From positions 21,040 to 85,039 of the forward strand of contig CAJKLK010000007.1 of the NCBI GenBank assembly GCA_905200715.1: a stretch of 64,000 nt of DNA, written 5' to 3'. Position numbers and translations under genes: made by a program. The notes below the pieces were generated by a model, which had not been told where the DNA came from, searched no databases, and saw nothing but the letters and a program-made list of their open reading frames with translations. This stretch comes from an uncultured Collinsella sp. (GTDB lineage Bacteria; Actinomycetota; Coriobacteriia; Coriobacteriales; Coriobacteriaceae). This document shows, piece by piece, positions 37,347 through 45,984 of this stretch (its first letter is position 1; every line of letters starts with the position of its first letter).

Positions 37347-37406
37347 GGAAAACCGTTTATGCGATCGTCCGTTGTTCTGGGCGGCCCCTTTCGAAAGGAA
37401 TTTACT

Positions 37407-38033
37407 ATGTCTACCAAGGTTGAAGTCAATGCCATGGGCGATGCCTGCCCGCTGCCCGTCGTCAAGACGCTCAAAGCCCTGAAGCAGCTCGATGGTGAGG
37501 GCGCCGTCGTGACCTCGGTCGACAACGAGACGGCCGTCAAGAACATCTCCAAGATGGCGCAGGAAAAGGGCTGCACGGCCTCGGTCGAGAAGATCTCGGA
37601 CGCCGAGTGGCACGTGACCGTCGCGACCGCCGGTGCCGTGGTTGTTGCGGACCCCGGGCAGGACGGTGCCGCCTTCTGCAATGCCGGCGCCGGTAAGGGT
37701 AAACTCGTCATTTCCGTCTATACCGATTGCATGGGCCGTGGCGACGACGAGCTGGGGCACAAGCTCATGAAGGCCTTTATCTTCGCCGTGACGCAGCAGG
37801 AGGAGCTGCCCGCGACCATGCTGTTCTACAACGGCGGCGCCAAGCTCACCGTCGAGGGCTCTCCGGTGCTCGACGACCTGAAGGGGCTGGCCGAGCAGGG
37901 CGTCGAGATCCTTACCTGTGGCACCTGCCTCGATCACTATGGCATAAAGGACCAGCTCGCGGTGGGTGAGGTCACCAACATGTACGTGATCGTGGAGAAG
38001 ATGGAGCAGGCCGTGCGCGTCGTGCGCCCGTAG
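37407..38033 (+). CDS. yedF: selenium metabolism protein YedF (TusA/SirA-like plus DsrE-like domains)
   Basis: NAMGDACPLPVVKT CPxP motif, then a DsrE-like C-terminal half. ATG 37407 behind GAAAGGAA. Confidence 0.8.
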   Translation: MSTKVEVNAMGDACPLPVVKTLKALKQLDGEGAVVTSVDNETAVKNISKMAQEKGCTASVEKISDAEWHVTVATAGAVVVADPGQDGAAFCNAGAGKGKLVISVYTDCMGRGDDELGHKLMKAFIFAVTQQEELPATMLFYNGGAKLTVEGSPVLDDLKGLAEQGVEILTCGTCLDHYGIKDQLAVGEVTNMYVIVEKMEQAVRVVRP

Positions 38034-38052
38034 CGTATTGGTTGGAGTTGCC

Positions 38053-38304
38053 ATGAGGGAGAAGCGCCCGGCGCTTGTCATCACGTTTCCCACCACGGCG
38101 GCCGCCATGGGTTGCGAGTCCCTGTGCATCGAGCGCGGCCTTCCCGGGCGAACGATTCCCGTGCCCGGGGAGGTCGCTGCCGGCTGCGGTCTGGCATGGA
38201 AGGCGTTGCCTGCCGATGAGGAACTGCTGCGCGGCGAACTCGCCGCGGCGGGCATTCCCACCGAGGGCTATACCGTGATCGATATGTGGGAGGTCGTGCG
38301 ATGA
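38053..38304 (+). CDS. DUF3343 family small protein (putative Se/S carrier partner of YedF)
   Basis: About 84 aa. LVITFPTTAAAMGCE...IPVPGEVAAGCGLAW pattern, as I recall for DUF3343. Its stop overlaps the next ATG (ATGA). Confidence 0.6.
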   Translation: MREKRPALVITFPTTAAAMGCESLCIERGLPGRTIPVPGEVAAGCGLAWKALPADEELLRGELAAAGIPTEGYTVIDMWEVVR

Positions 38305-39440
38305 TTTATCTGGATAACGCGGCGACGACCATGCGCAAGCCGCAGACGGTCATCGATGCCGTGACGCAGGCGATGTGCTCGCTCGGCAATGCCGGGCGCG
38401 GTGCCACGTCGGGTGCGCTCGATGCGGCGCGTACCATTCACGGTTGCCGTGCCAAGCTCGCACGCCTGCTGGGCTGCCCGCGTGCTGACCATGTTTGTTT
38501 TACGCCCAACTCAACTGCGGCGCTCAACACCGTCATCAATGGCGTGGTGCGCCCCGGCGACCGTGTGGTCACGACGGTGCTCGAGCATAACTCCGTGCTG
38601 CGTCCGCTCAACCGCCTGGCAGCAGAGCAGGGCGTGACGGTTGAACATGCGGGCTGTGACGCGAACGGCGTGCTCGACTACGACGAGCTCGAGCAGCTGG
38701 TCACGCCGGGCACGCGTGCCGTGGTGGTGACGCACGCCTCCAATGTGACCGGCAACGCGGTCGACATTGCACGCGTGGCTGCCATGGCCCATGCGGCCGG
38801 CGCTCTCGTGATCGTCGATGCCTCGCAGTCTGCCGGCACGGCGCATATCGATATGCAGGCCATGGGGCTCGACGTGGTGTGCTTTACCGGCCACAAAGGG
38901 CTCATGGGACCTCAAGGCACCGGCGGCCTGGCCGTGGCAGAGGGCATTGACGTGGCCCCTTGGGCCATGGGTGGCACCGGTGTTCACAGCTTCGATGAGC
39001 TGCAGCCGCTTGAGTGGCCCACGCGCCTTGAGGCGGGCACGCTCAACGGCCACGGTATCGCCGGCCTTTCTGCCGGCCTCGACTTTATCGAGGCCCAGGG
39101 CGGGGTGGAGACGATTGCAGCTCGCGAACGCTCGCTTGCTGATCGCTTCCTTGCCGGTGTGCGCGAGATTCCGGGGATTAAGCTCTACGGTGCCTTTGAC
39201 CAGCCGACGCGCTCTGCGATTGTGTCGCTCAACGTGGTCGATATCGATTCGGCCGAGATCTCGGATGCGCTCATGCAAGGGTGGGGGATTGCGACGCGCC
39301 CCGGCGCCCATTGCGCCCCGCTCATGCACCGTGCGCTGGGGACCGAGCGCCAGGGCGTCGTCCGCTTCTCGTTTGGGTATTTCAACACGACCGAAGAAGT
39401 CGACACGGCTATCGATGCTCTGTGCGATTTAGCCTGCTAA
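38301..39440 (+). CDS. class V aminotransferase-fold cysteine desulfurase / selenocysteine lyase family protein
   Basis: MIYLDNAATT N-terminus and FTGHKGLMGPQGTG PLP-lysine block. Confidence 0.85.
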   Translation: MIYLDNAATTMRKPQTVIDAVTQAMCSLGNAGRGATSGALDAARTIHGCRAKLARLLGCPRADHVCFTPNSTAALNTVINGVVRPGDRVVTTVLEHNSVLRPLNRLAAEQGVTVEHAGCDANGVLDYDELEQLVTPGTRAVVVTHASNVTGNAVDIARVAAMAHAAGALVIVDASQSAGTAHIDMQAMGLDVVCFTGHKGLMGPQGTGGLAVAEGIDVAPWAMGGTGVHSFDELQPLEWPTRLEAGTLNGHGIAGLSAGLDFIEAQGGVETIAARERSLADRFLAGVREIPGIKLYGAFDQPTRSAIVSLNVVDIDSAEISDALMQGWGIATRPGAHCAPLMHRALGTERQGVVRFSFGYFNTTEEVDTAIDALCDLAC

Positions 39441-39465
39441 AGCTGCTAGACCGTTTATACTTGCG

Positions 39466-39496
39466 GGACGGGTGTTTTTGCCCGTCCCGTTTTTGT
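39466..39496 (+). terminator. rho-independent terminator
   Basis: GGGACGGG-TGTTTTTG-CCCGTCCC followed by GTTTTTG. Confidence 0.7.
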
Positions 39497-39517
39497 TTCA
39501 ACCCGAAAGGTGGATCC

Positions 39518-40876
39518 ATGGCTTCATCCGCCCCGCGCGGTCTGCGCTCCGACCATGTTGTCACCGTCGGCATCGCCCTGTTCTCGATGCTCTTTGGCGC
39601 CGGCAACCTCATTATTCCGCCACTGCTGGCGCTGCAGGCAGGTTCTGCCACGCCGGTCGCCATGCTCGGCTTTCTCATCGCCGCCATCGGCCTGCCCGTC
39701 ATGGGCTTTATCGCTGTGGCGCTTGCCGGAACGGCGCGCGAACTTGCCGGCCGCGTGCACCCCAAGTTTGGCGAATTCTTCGTTGCGGCGGTCTACCTGG
39801 CCATCGGTCCGTGCCTGGCCATCCCTCGCACAAGCTCCACGGCCTTCGAGATGCTGGTGCCGCTGCTGCCCGAGGGCGTTTCGCTCGGCACGGCACGTCT
39901 GGTGTTTGCCATCGGGTTCTTCGTAGTCGCGTTTGCGCTCACGCTGCGTCCGGGCGTCATCACGCGCGTGCTCGGCCGCATTACGGGCCCCGCGCTCATT
40001 GCGCTCATCGTGCTGGTTGTGGGTGCCGCTGTGGTCTCGCCGTTGGGTCCCGCTGCCGCGCCGCAGGCTCCCTACAATGCCGGTGCTGCCGTGCAGGGCT
40101 TTTTGACCGGCTACCAGACCATGGACCTGCTTGCGTCGCTCGCCTTTGGCATCATCATCGCCGAGACCATCCATGAGCTCGGCGTTACCGACGATAAGCG
40201 CGTGGCCTTCGAGATCTCGCGTTCGGGTGTGATCGCCGGTGCGCTCATGGCCTTCATCTACTGCGGCCTGGCACTTGCCGGTATGCAGCTCGGCACCGTG
40301 ATGCCCGATGCCACCAACGGTGCCGCCATCCTCGCCCGTTCGGCCTCCATGCACTTTGGTCTTGCCGGCACGGTCGTGGTCTTTGCGATTTTCTTCCTCG
40401 CCTGCATGAACGTGTGCATCGGTCTTATTAGCTGCTGCTCGCGTTACTTCTGCGAGACGTATGTGGTCGAAGGGGGAGCGGAGGCTTCCGAGGAGGCCAT
40501 GCGCCGCCCCTTCGCGATTCTCGCCTTTGTGTTCGCGGCGTTTTCGTGCGTGCTCTCCAACGTGGGCCTCGACGTGATCCTGATGTTCTCGGTGCCTATG
40601 CTCAATGCCCTGTATCCCGTTGCCATTGTGCTGGTACTTATGGGCTTGATGCACGGCTTTTGCGACGCGCATCCGCAGGTTTGGGTCTGGGTCGGCGGCG
40701 TTGTCGCGGTGCAGAGCGTAATCACTTCGGTCCGCGATGCGTTCTTTGCTGGTGCGTGGCTGCCGTTCGATGCGCTGCCGTTGGCGGACATTGGAGCCGC
40801 GTGGGCGCCGGTCGCCGTGGCGGCGTTCGTGATTGGCCTGCTCCATAGTCGTTTTGTTGCACATTCGAGGAGCTAA
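39518..40876 (+). CDS. brnQ: branched-chain amino acid transport system II carrier (LIVCS/BrnQ family)
   Basis: GIALFSMLFGAGNLIIPPLLALQAG N-terminal signature, about 12 TM segments, 452 aa. Confidence 0.8.
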   Translation: MASSAPRGLRSDHVVTVGIALFSMLFGAGNLIIPPLLALQAGSATPVAMLGFLIAAIGLPVMGFIAVALAGTARELAGRVHPKFGEFFVAAVYLAIGPCLAIPRTSSTAFEMLVPLLPEGVSLGTARLVFAIGFFVVAFALTLRPGVITRVLGRITGPALIALIVLVVGAAVVSPLGPAAAPQAPYNAGAAVQGFLTGYQTMDLLASLAFGIIIAETIHELGVTDDKRVAFEISRSGVIAGALMAFIYCGLALAGMQLGTVMPDATNGAAILARSASMHFGLAGTVVVFAIFFLACMNVCIGLISCCSRYFCETYVVEGGAEASEEAMRRPFAILAFVFAAFSCVLSNVGLDVILMFSVPMLNALYPVAIVLVLMGLMHGFCDAHPQVWVWVGGVVAVQSVITSVRDAFFAGAWLPFDALPLADIGAAWAPVAVAAFVIGLLHSRFVAHSRS

Positions 40877-40887
40877 GGCATCAATGC

Positions 40888-40916
40888 TTGCACAGGCGGG
40901 GAGTCTCCCCTATAAT
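40888..40916 (+). promoter_or_regulatory. sigma-70-type promoter for the tRNA pair
   Basis: TTGCAC, 17 nt, TATAAT, about 50 nt upstream of tRNA-Pro. Confidence 0.6.
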
Positions 40917-40967
40917 TTCCTTCGCTTTGGGACACGCAAGGTTTAGACCTTAGCTGCTCAACACCTT

Positions 40968-41044
40968 CGGGACGTGGCGCAGTTTGGTAGCGCGCCTGCT
41001 TTGGGAGCAGGATGTCGCAGGTTCAAATCCTGTCGTCCCGACCA
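40968..41044 (+). tRNA. tRNA-Pro (UGG)
   Basis: Acceptor CGGGACG/CGTCCCG, anticodon loop TTTGGGA, T-loop GGTTCAAATCC, encoded CCA. Confidence 0.95.
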
Positions 41045-41050
41045 TATCTT

Positions 41051-41124
41051 GCGGGCGTAGTTCAATGGTAGAACCCCAGCCTTCCAAGCTGATGACGCGG
41101 GTTCGATTCCCGTCGCCCGCTCCA
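41051..41124 (+). tRNA. tRNA-Gly (UCC)
   Basis: Acceptor GCGGGCG/CGCCCGC, anticodon loop CTTCCAA, T-loop GGTTCGATTCC, encoded CCA. Confidence 0.95.
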
Positions 41125-41309
41125 TAAGAATTGTTTTAACGGCTTTGGTTTCCTTTGGGGATCAGAGCTGTTTTCGTTTACGCGCCGGGCGACGGGAATC
41201 GAACCCGCCAGGGTGCGGAGCTGAGAAAATGCGTGAGCATTTTCCAGCGCAGCACGCAAGGGCCGAAGGCCCGCAGCGAAACAAGGATTTGCGAAGCAAA
41301 TCCTTGGAC

Positions 41310-41332
41310 TTCCCGTCGCCCGCTCCATAAGA
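41310..41332 (+). repeat. 23-nt exact direct repeat of the tRNA-Gly 3' end (att-like)
   Basis: TTCCCGTCGCCCGCTCCATAAGA occurs at 41107-41129 (inside and just after tRNA-Gly) and again at 41310-41332. Confidence 0.9.
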
Positions 41333-41337
41333 TAGAC

Positions 41338-41375
41338 GAATGGCTCTGGTTCCTATTGGGACCAGAGCCATTTTC
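41338..41375 (+). terminator. rho-independent terminator after the displaced tRNA-Gly 3' copy
   Basis: AATGGCTCTGGTTCC-TATT-GGGACCAGAGCCATT followed by TTCGT. A degenerate copy lies at about 41140-41178. Confidence 0.6.
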
Positions 41376-41422
41376 GTAAGTGTACGGGGTACGGGAATCG
41401 AACCCCGCCCCGGGCCCCTCCT

Positions 41423-41453
41423 AAGTTCCGGTGAAATACGGACTGTCTATTGG
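41423..41453. repeat. half-copy of the family A REP-like element
   Basis: AAGTTCCGGTGAAATACGGACTGTC matches the left arm of family A. No intact right arm. Confidence 0.5.
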
Positions 41454-41784
41454 CTTTTGCGAACCCACTGAAGGTCGGGTAGCTAATTTGGGATGGGGCT
41501 ATTTGATTGCTCTAGCGATCGGCTGGCAAATGTTGTCAAAAACCCTGTTCCAAAATGACCGGTCTGGTGCTGGGCCACGAAAGCAGCCCATCTACTACGT
41601 TTGACCCGCAGGGGTCGACCATCGCAGTATTTTCGGAAAATCGACAAGCCGTCTACCAGCAGTTTTGATATTTCGGATTTCGGTATGGTTGAGGGCAATC
41701 GGTTAAACGTAGTAGATAGGCCCATTTCGTGGCGAACAGTGGGATTCGCGGTCCAAGGCTGCCGGTTTCGGATGGTCAACCTGG

Positions 41785-41853
41785 AAGTTGCGGTGGAATA
41801 GTTCCTAAAAGGCCTATGGAAGCTTGAAAACAGGAACTATTTCACCGCAACTT
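41785..41853. repeat. REP-like palindromic element, family A, copy 3
   Basis: AAGTTGCGGTGGAATAGTTCCT ... CAGGAACTATTTCACCGCAACTT. Confidence 0.85.
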
Positions 41854-41867
41854 AGGGTGGGATGGGG

Positions 41868-42344
41868 CTAGCGGCGACCGTGGTGGCGGAGCTTGTCGAT
41901 GGTGGCGTCGGTGCCGTGGCCGCGGGCGTCGGTGCTTCGGCTGCGGGCTTCGGCTGCGGTTTGGCGCTTGTGGCGGTAATCGATCATGCCTTGGATGATG
42001 GGCTTGCCAAAGCTCACGACATCATCGTTGTAGATGGCGGTTCGGGCTGCGAGGAGGCAGTCGGTAAAGTCCATATGGGTCTTGCCAAAGAGTTTGACGG
42101 CAAGGGCGACAACGGTGGGCTCGTCGACCATGACGTCATCGAGTAGCCTTTTCATGGCCGCAGCAATCTCAACGCGGGGAACCTTATAGACGTCGCGCAG
42201 CGTGACCACGACGCGCGTGATGATTTCGGGGTAGACACGAGCGGTGCGCGTGGCGATGACCTTGGCGGCGCGCGGTGACAGAACCTCGTCGTCGTCAAGC
42301 AGGTAGCGTAGGATGACGGTCTCGTCGATGATGGTGCTACTCAT
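41868..42344 (-). CDS. PIN-domain toxin (VapC-like)
   Basis: N-terminal IIDETVILRYLLDDDE and central FTDCLLAA acidic blocks typical of PIN domains. Overlaps the upstream antitoxin gene by 8 nt. Confidence 0.65.
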   Translation of the reverse strand: MSSTIIDETVILRYLLDDDEVLSPRAAKVIATRTARVYPEIITRVVVTLRDVYKVPRVEIAAAMKRLLDDVMVDEPTVVALAVKLFGKTHMDFTDCLLAARTAIYNDDVVSFGKPIIQGMIDYRHKRQTAAEARSRSTDARGHGTDATIDKLRHHGRR

Positions 42345-42663
42345 GGATATCTACTTCCTCGGGACCCAAAATCGAATCGTCGCTTTCTGTGGCAAGATAC
42401 TCAATCCAGGCATTGCGCTCCTCGGAGCGGCGATTGGGGTCCCCATATGCTTTGAGCGATCCATAGGCGGCGGTGCCGTCCTTTGAGCGCACGGCGACCG
42501 GCTGAAAGGGAAGCTTGCGCATCAAAATGCTCTGCGCGACAAAAAGACGGACGGCCTCGGCGAGCGATGTGCCCATGGCGTCGTAGAGACGCTCGGCATG
42601 TTGCTTGTCTTCCTCGCGAATGCGCACCTGCAGGATGGCTCTTTTTTGAGTCGATGACATCAC
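42337..42663 (-). CDS. RelB/DinJ family antitoxin
   Basis: ILQVRIREEDKQHAERLYDAMGTSLAEAVRLFVAQSILMRKLPF matches the DinJ ribbon-helix-helix pattern. Confidence 0.7.
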   Translation of the reverse strand: MMSSTQKRAILQVRIREEDKQHAERLYDAMGTSLAEAVRLFVAQSILMRKLPFQPVAVRSKDGTAAYGSLKAYGDPNRRSEERNAWIEYLATESDDSILGPEEVDIHE

Positions 42664-43088
42664 TGGCCTCCCTTAATGAGCGTGCAATATAAATAGTCAA
42701 ATACGGCATCGGCTAATAATGGCCAATCTTATAACCACTACTTTATTGCACTAGAGTAATCGAGTGTGAACAATATTACAAACGTACTACATCCTGCATA
42801 AACGAGCGTGAAATCTTTCTTGGGCGTACGCATGTAATACACTCACCTTTATAGCTACCCAAGAATAATTCCAACCTGCCAAAACCCCTGCAATACACAC
42901 GTATTGCAGGGGTTACGCTCAAGTCTACCCCCTGCAACTGCGTATATTCAACCTGTATACCGTTGGAGAAATTCTACCGAGTGCCTGTTTCGCCGCACGC
43001 ATTCGATACGCCGATGCCAGGCCACGGGCGGCTTGGGGCAACGTCGACAGGATCTCTCCAGCAAGGGATTCAGGAGGGAGTGAACAAC

Positions 43089-43607
43089 ATGGGCAATAAA
43101 CGAGTCGTAGCCGATTCCTCGCGCTGCATTGGGTGCCAAACCTGCATGGCGGCGTGTATCGAGGCGCACGACATCCCCGGCGACATCGCCGCGCCGCGTC
43201 TGCGCGTGACGCGCACCTACGAGATCTCCGCACCGGTGGCTTGCCATCACTGCGAGGATGCCCCGTGCGCCAAGGCTTGTCCCACGGGCGCCTTGTTCTT
43301 TGATCCAAAGAACCATCGTATCGGCGTCAACGAGGACAACTGCATCGGCTGCAAGAGCTGCGTCATGGCCTGCCCCTTTGGCGCCGTGAGCGTGGCGACC
43401 ACGCAGGTCCCCGTCTTGATGGGCGACGTGCGCGTGGGTTCGCAGACTAAGAGCTTCGTGCTCAAGTGCGACCTGTGCGTGAACCGTCCCGGCGGTCCGG
43501 CGTGTGCCGAGGCGTGCCCGACCAAGGGCCTCACCCTGGTAGACGAGGAGCGCCTGGCAGAGCTGACTGCCGAGCGTGCCCGCGCCACCATCGAAAACGA
43601 GGCGTAG
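43089..43607 (+). CDS. hydN: 4Fe-4S ferredoxin-type electron transfer subunit (HydN/HycB-like)
   Basis: Four Cys clusters (CIGCQTCMAAC, CHHCEDAPC, CIGCKSCVMAC, CDLC...CAEAC). ATG 43089 behind AGGAGGGAG. Confidence 0.85.
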   Translation: MGNKRVVADSSRCIGCQTCMAACIEAHDIPGDIAAPRLRVTRTYEISAPVACHHCEDAPCAKACPTGALFFDPKNHRIGVNEDNCIGCKSCVMACPFGAVSVATTQVPVLMGDVRVGSQTKSFVLKCDLCVNRPGGPACAEACPTKGLTLVDEERLAELTAERARATIENEA

Positions 43608-43683
43608 GCGGGCGGCCATACAAGCCCAACGATTGTCAAATACGTACCGATTAATCGGTAGCAGAGAAAGGAAGGAGGGTGTC

Positions 43684-45906
43684 ATGGAGAAGCATAAAGT
43701 GATCTGCCCGTACTGCGGCGCCGGTTGCCAGTTTAACCTCCTGGTCCAAAACGGCCAGGTCGTGGGTACCGAACCGCTCAACGGCATCACCAATCAGGGC
43801 GAGCTGTGCCTTAAGGGCATGAGCGGCTACGACTTCATCAACGACACCAAGATCTTGACTCCTCGCGTACTGCACCCGATGATCCGCCGCACCAAGGGCG
43901 CGGATCTTGAGCGCGTAAGCTGGGACGAGGCACTGGATTTCACCGCATCTAAGATGCAGGCCATAATTGACGAATATGGTCCTAACGCTGTCATGACCAC
44001 CGGCTCTTCGCGAGGCGGCGGCAATGAGGCGAACTACGTCATGCAGAAGTTTACGCGTGCGTGCATCGGCACCCACAGCGTGGACAACTGCGCCCGTACT
44101 TGACACGGCCCTACTGTCCTCGGTCTGATGGACACGGTTGGTTCAGGTTGCATGTCATGCTCCATCCCCGGTATGGAGGATGCGGGCTGCATTTTCCTCT
44201 TCGGCTATAACCCTGCCGATTCGCACCCCATCGTCGCAAGGCGTATCGTGCGAGCCAAAGAAAAGGGTTGCAAGATCATCGTCGCCGACCCGCGCCATAT
44301 CGAAACCGCGCGTATCGCCGATCTCTACCTTCCGATCAAGAACGGTTGCAACGTCGCGTTCCTCAACGCCTTTGCCAACTGCTTGGTCAACGATGGCCTC
44401 TACGACAAGGAATTCGTCGCCGAGCATACGAACGGCTTTGACGAGTGGTGGGAGACCATCAAGAACTACACTCCCGAATCCGTACAGGACATCACGGGTG
44501 TCGAGCCCGCGCTGATCCACCAAGCTGCCGAGATGTACGCCACGGCGAAGCCCTCTGCCATCATTGGCTGGGGCATGGGCGTATGCCAGCAGAAGCAGAA
44601 CCTGAAGACGGTGCACACCATCGCCTCCATCGCCTGCGTTGCCGGCCAGATCGGCAAACCCAACTCCGGTCTCGCGCCCGTGCGCGGCCAGAACAACGTC
44701 CAGGGCTCCTGCGATATGGGCATGCTGCCCAACCTGTACCCTGGCTACCAGAAAGTCACCGACCCCGCCGCTCGCGCCAAGTTTGCCAAGGCCTGGGGCG
44801 TGCCCGAGGAAAAGCTCCCGCTCGAGGAGGGCTACAAGCTCACCGACCTGGGTCACCTGGTCGACGAGGGCAAGGTGCACTGCTTCTACAACTACGGCGA
44901 GGACCCGGTGCAGACCGAGCCCGATTCGGCCGGTATGCGCAAGACGCTCTCCGAGCTGGATCTGTTCATCTGCCAGGACATCTTTATGACGCAGACGACT
45001 ATGCTCGCCGACGTCATCCTGCCCGCTACCTCTTGGGGCGAGCACGAGGGTGTCTTTACCGCGTCTGACCGTAGCTTCCAGCACTTTGACGCGGCCGTTC
45101 CGCCCAAGGGCGAGTGCCGCCACGACTGGGAGATCTTTGCGGACCTGTCCACGCGCATGGGCTACCCCATGCACTACGACAATACCGAGCAGATCTGGAA
45201 CGAGTGCATTAGCCTGTGCCCCAACTTTGTGGGCGCGACCTACGAGAAGATGGCTCCCGAGGGCGGCTACGCCCAGTGGCCGGTCAAGAGCACCGATGTG
45301 AACGACCACGGCACGGCCGACATGTTCGCTGGCGGCAAGTTCACCACCAAGGACGGCCGCGCCAATCTGATGGCGCACGACTGGGAGGCACCCTCCGAGC
45401 TTCCCGACGATGAGTACCCGCTCATCCTGTGCACCGTCCGCGAGGTCGGTCACTACAGCTGCCGCTCGATGACCGGCAACTGCAAGACGCTGGCGCTGCT
45501 TGCCGACGAGCCCGGCTTTGTCCGCATGAATCCCGCGGACGCCCAGGCGCGCGGCATCAAGAACGGCGACATCGTCTCGATTCACAGCCGCCGCGGCCAG
45601 GTATATAGCCGCGCCGACGTGAGCGACCGTATCAACAAGGGCACGGTCTATATGACCTACCAGTGGTGGATCGGCAAGTGCAACGAGCTGACCATTCACA
45701 AGGTCGACCCGGTCTCGCATACGCCCGAGGACAAGTTCTCCGCCTGCCAGGTCGACGCCATCGCCGACCAGGTTTGGGCAGAGGGCGAGGTGGAGCGTCA
45801 GTACACCGAGCTCAAGCAGGCTCTGGTCGACGCCGCCGCTCCCCAGGACGTTGAGCCTGGCGCCGCCAAGTTCGACGACGAGACGCACGTGAATCAAATC
45901 GTGTAG
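43684..45906 (+). CDS. fdhF: formate dehydrogenase H, selenocysteine-containing catalytic subunit
   Basis: MEKHKVICPYCGAGC N-terminal 4Fe-4S motif. SVDNCART-TGA(44101-44103)-HGPTVLGL equals the FdhF ...CARV-U-HGPSV... active site. ORFs 43576-44103 and 44128-45906 share the frame. Confidence 0.95.
44116..44133 (+). promoter_or_regulatory. candidate fdhF SECIS apical hairpin
   Basis: GTCC-TC-GGTCT-GA-(T bulge)-GGAC, 13 nt after the UGA. The GGUC-containing loop and bulged U resemble the E. coli fdhF SECIS as I recall it. Confidence 0.45.
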
Positions 45907-45984
45907 TCCCGTTCTCGTTGGCTTTTTGGGCCGGGCGTCCCGTACGTTCGGGAGCCCGGCCCGTTATTTTGAAAGGAAGTGGGG

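Noticed and set aside
41187-41322. tRNA-Sec (selC) hidden in the structured insert after tRNA-Gly
   Set aside because: - On the minus strand there is an acceptor-like stem and a T-arm, but the molecule would be about 136 nt.
- No 7-nt anticodon loop with UCA can be drawn. The TCA sits in a 4-nt TCAC loop closed by G-C pairs.
- The D-arm geometry does not fit either.
41483-41779. 98-aa (-) and 66-aa (+) ORFs in the region after the tRNAs
   Set aside because: - They overlap each other on opposite strands.
- They have no RBS and unusual composition.
- The region contains repeat debris, so it is treated as non-coding.
43010-43045. Sigma-54 promoter (GG-N10-GC) upstream of the FHL operon
   Set aside because: AGGCCACGGGCGGCTTGG only loosely resembles TGGCAC-N5-TTGC, and no enhancer-binding activator is encoded nearby.
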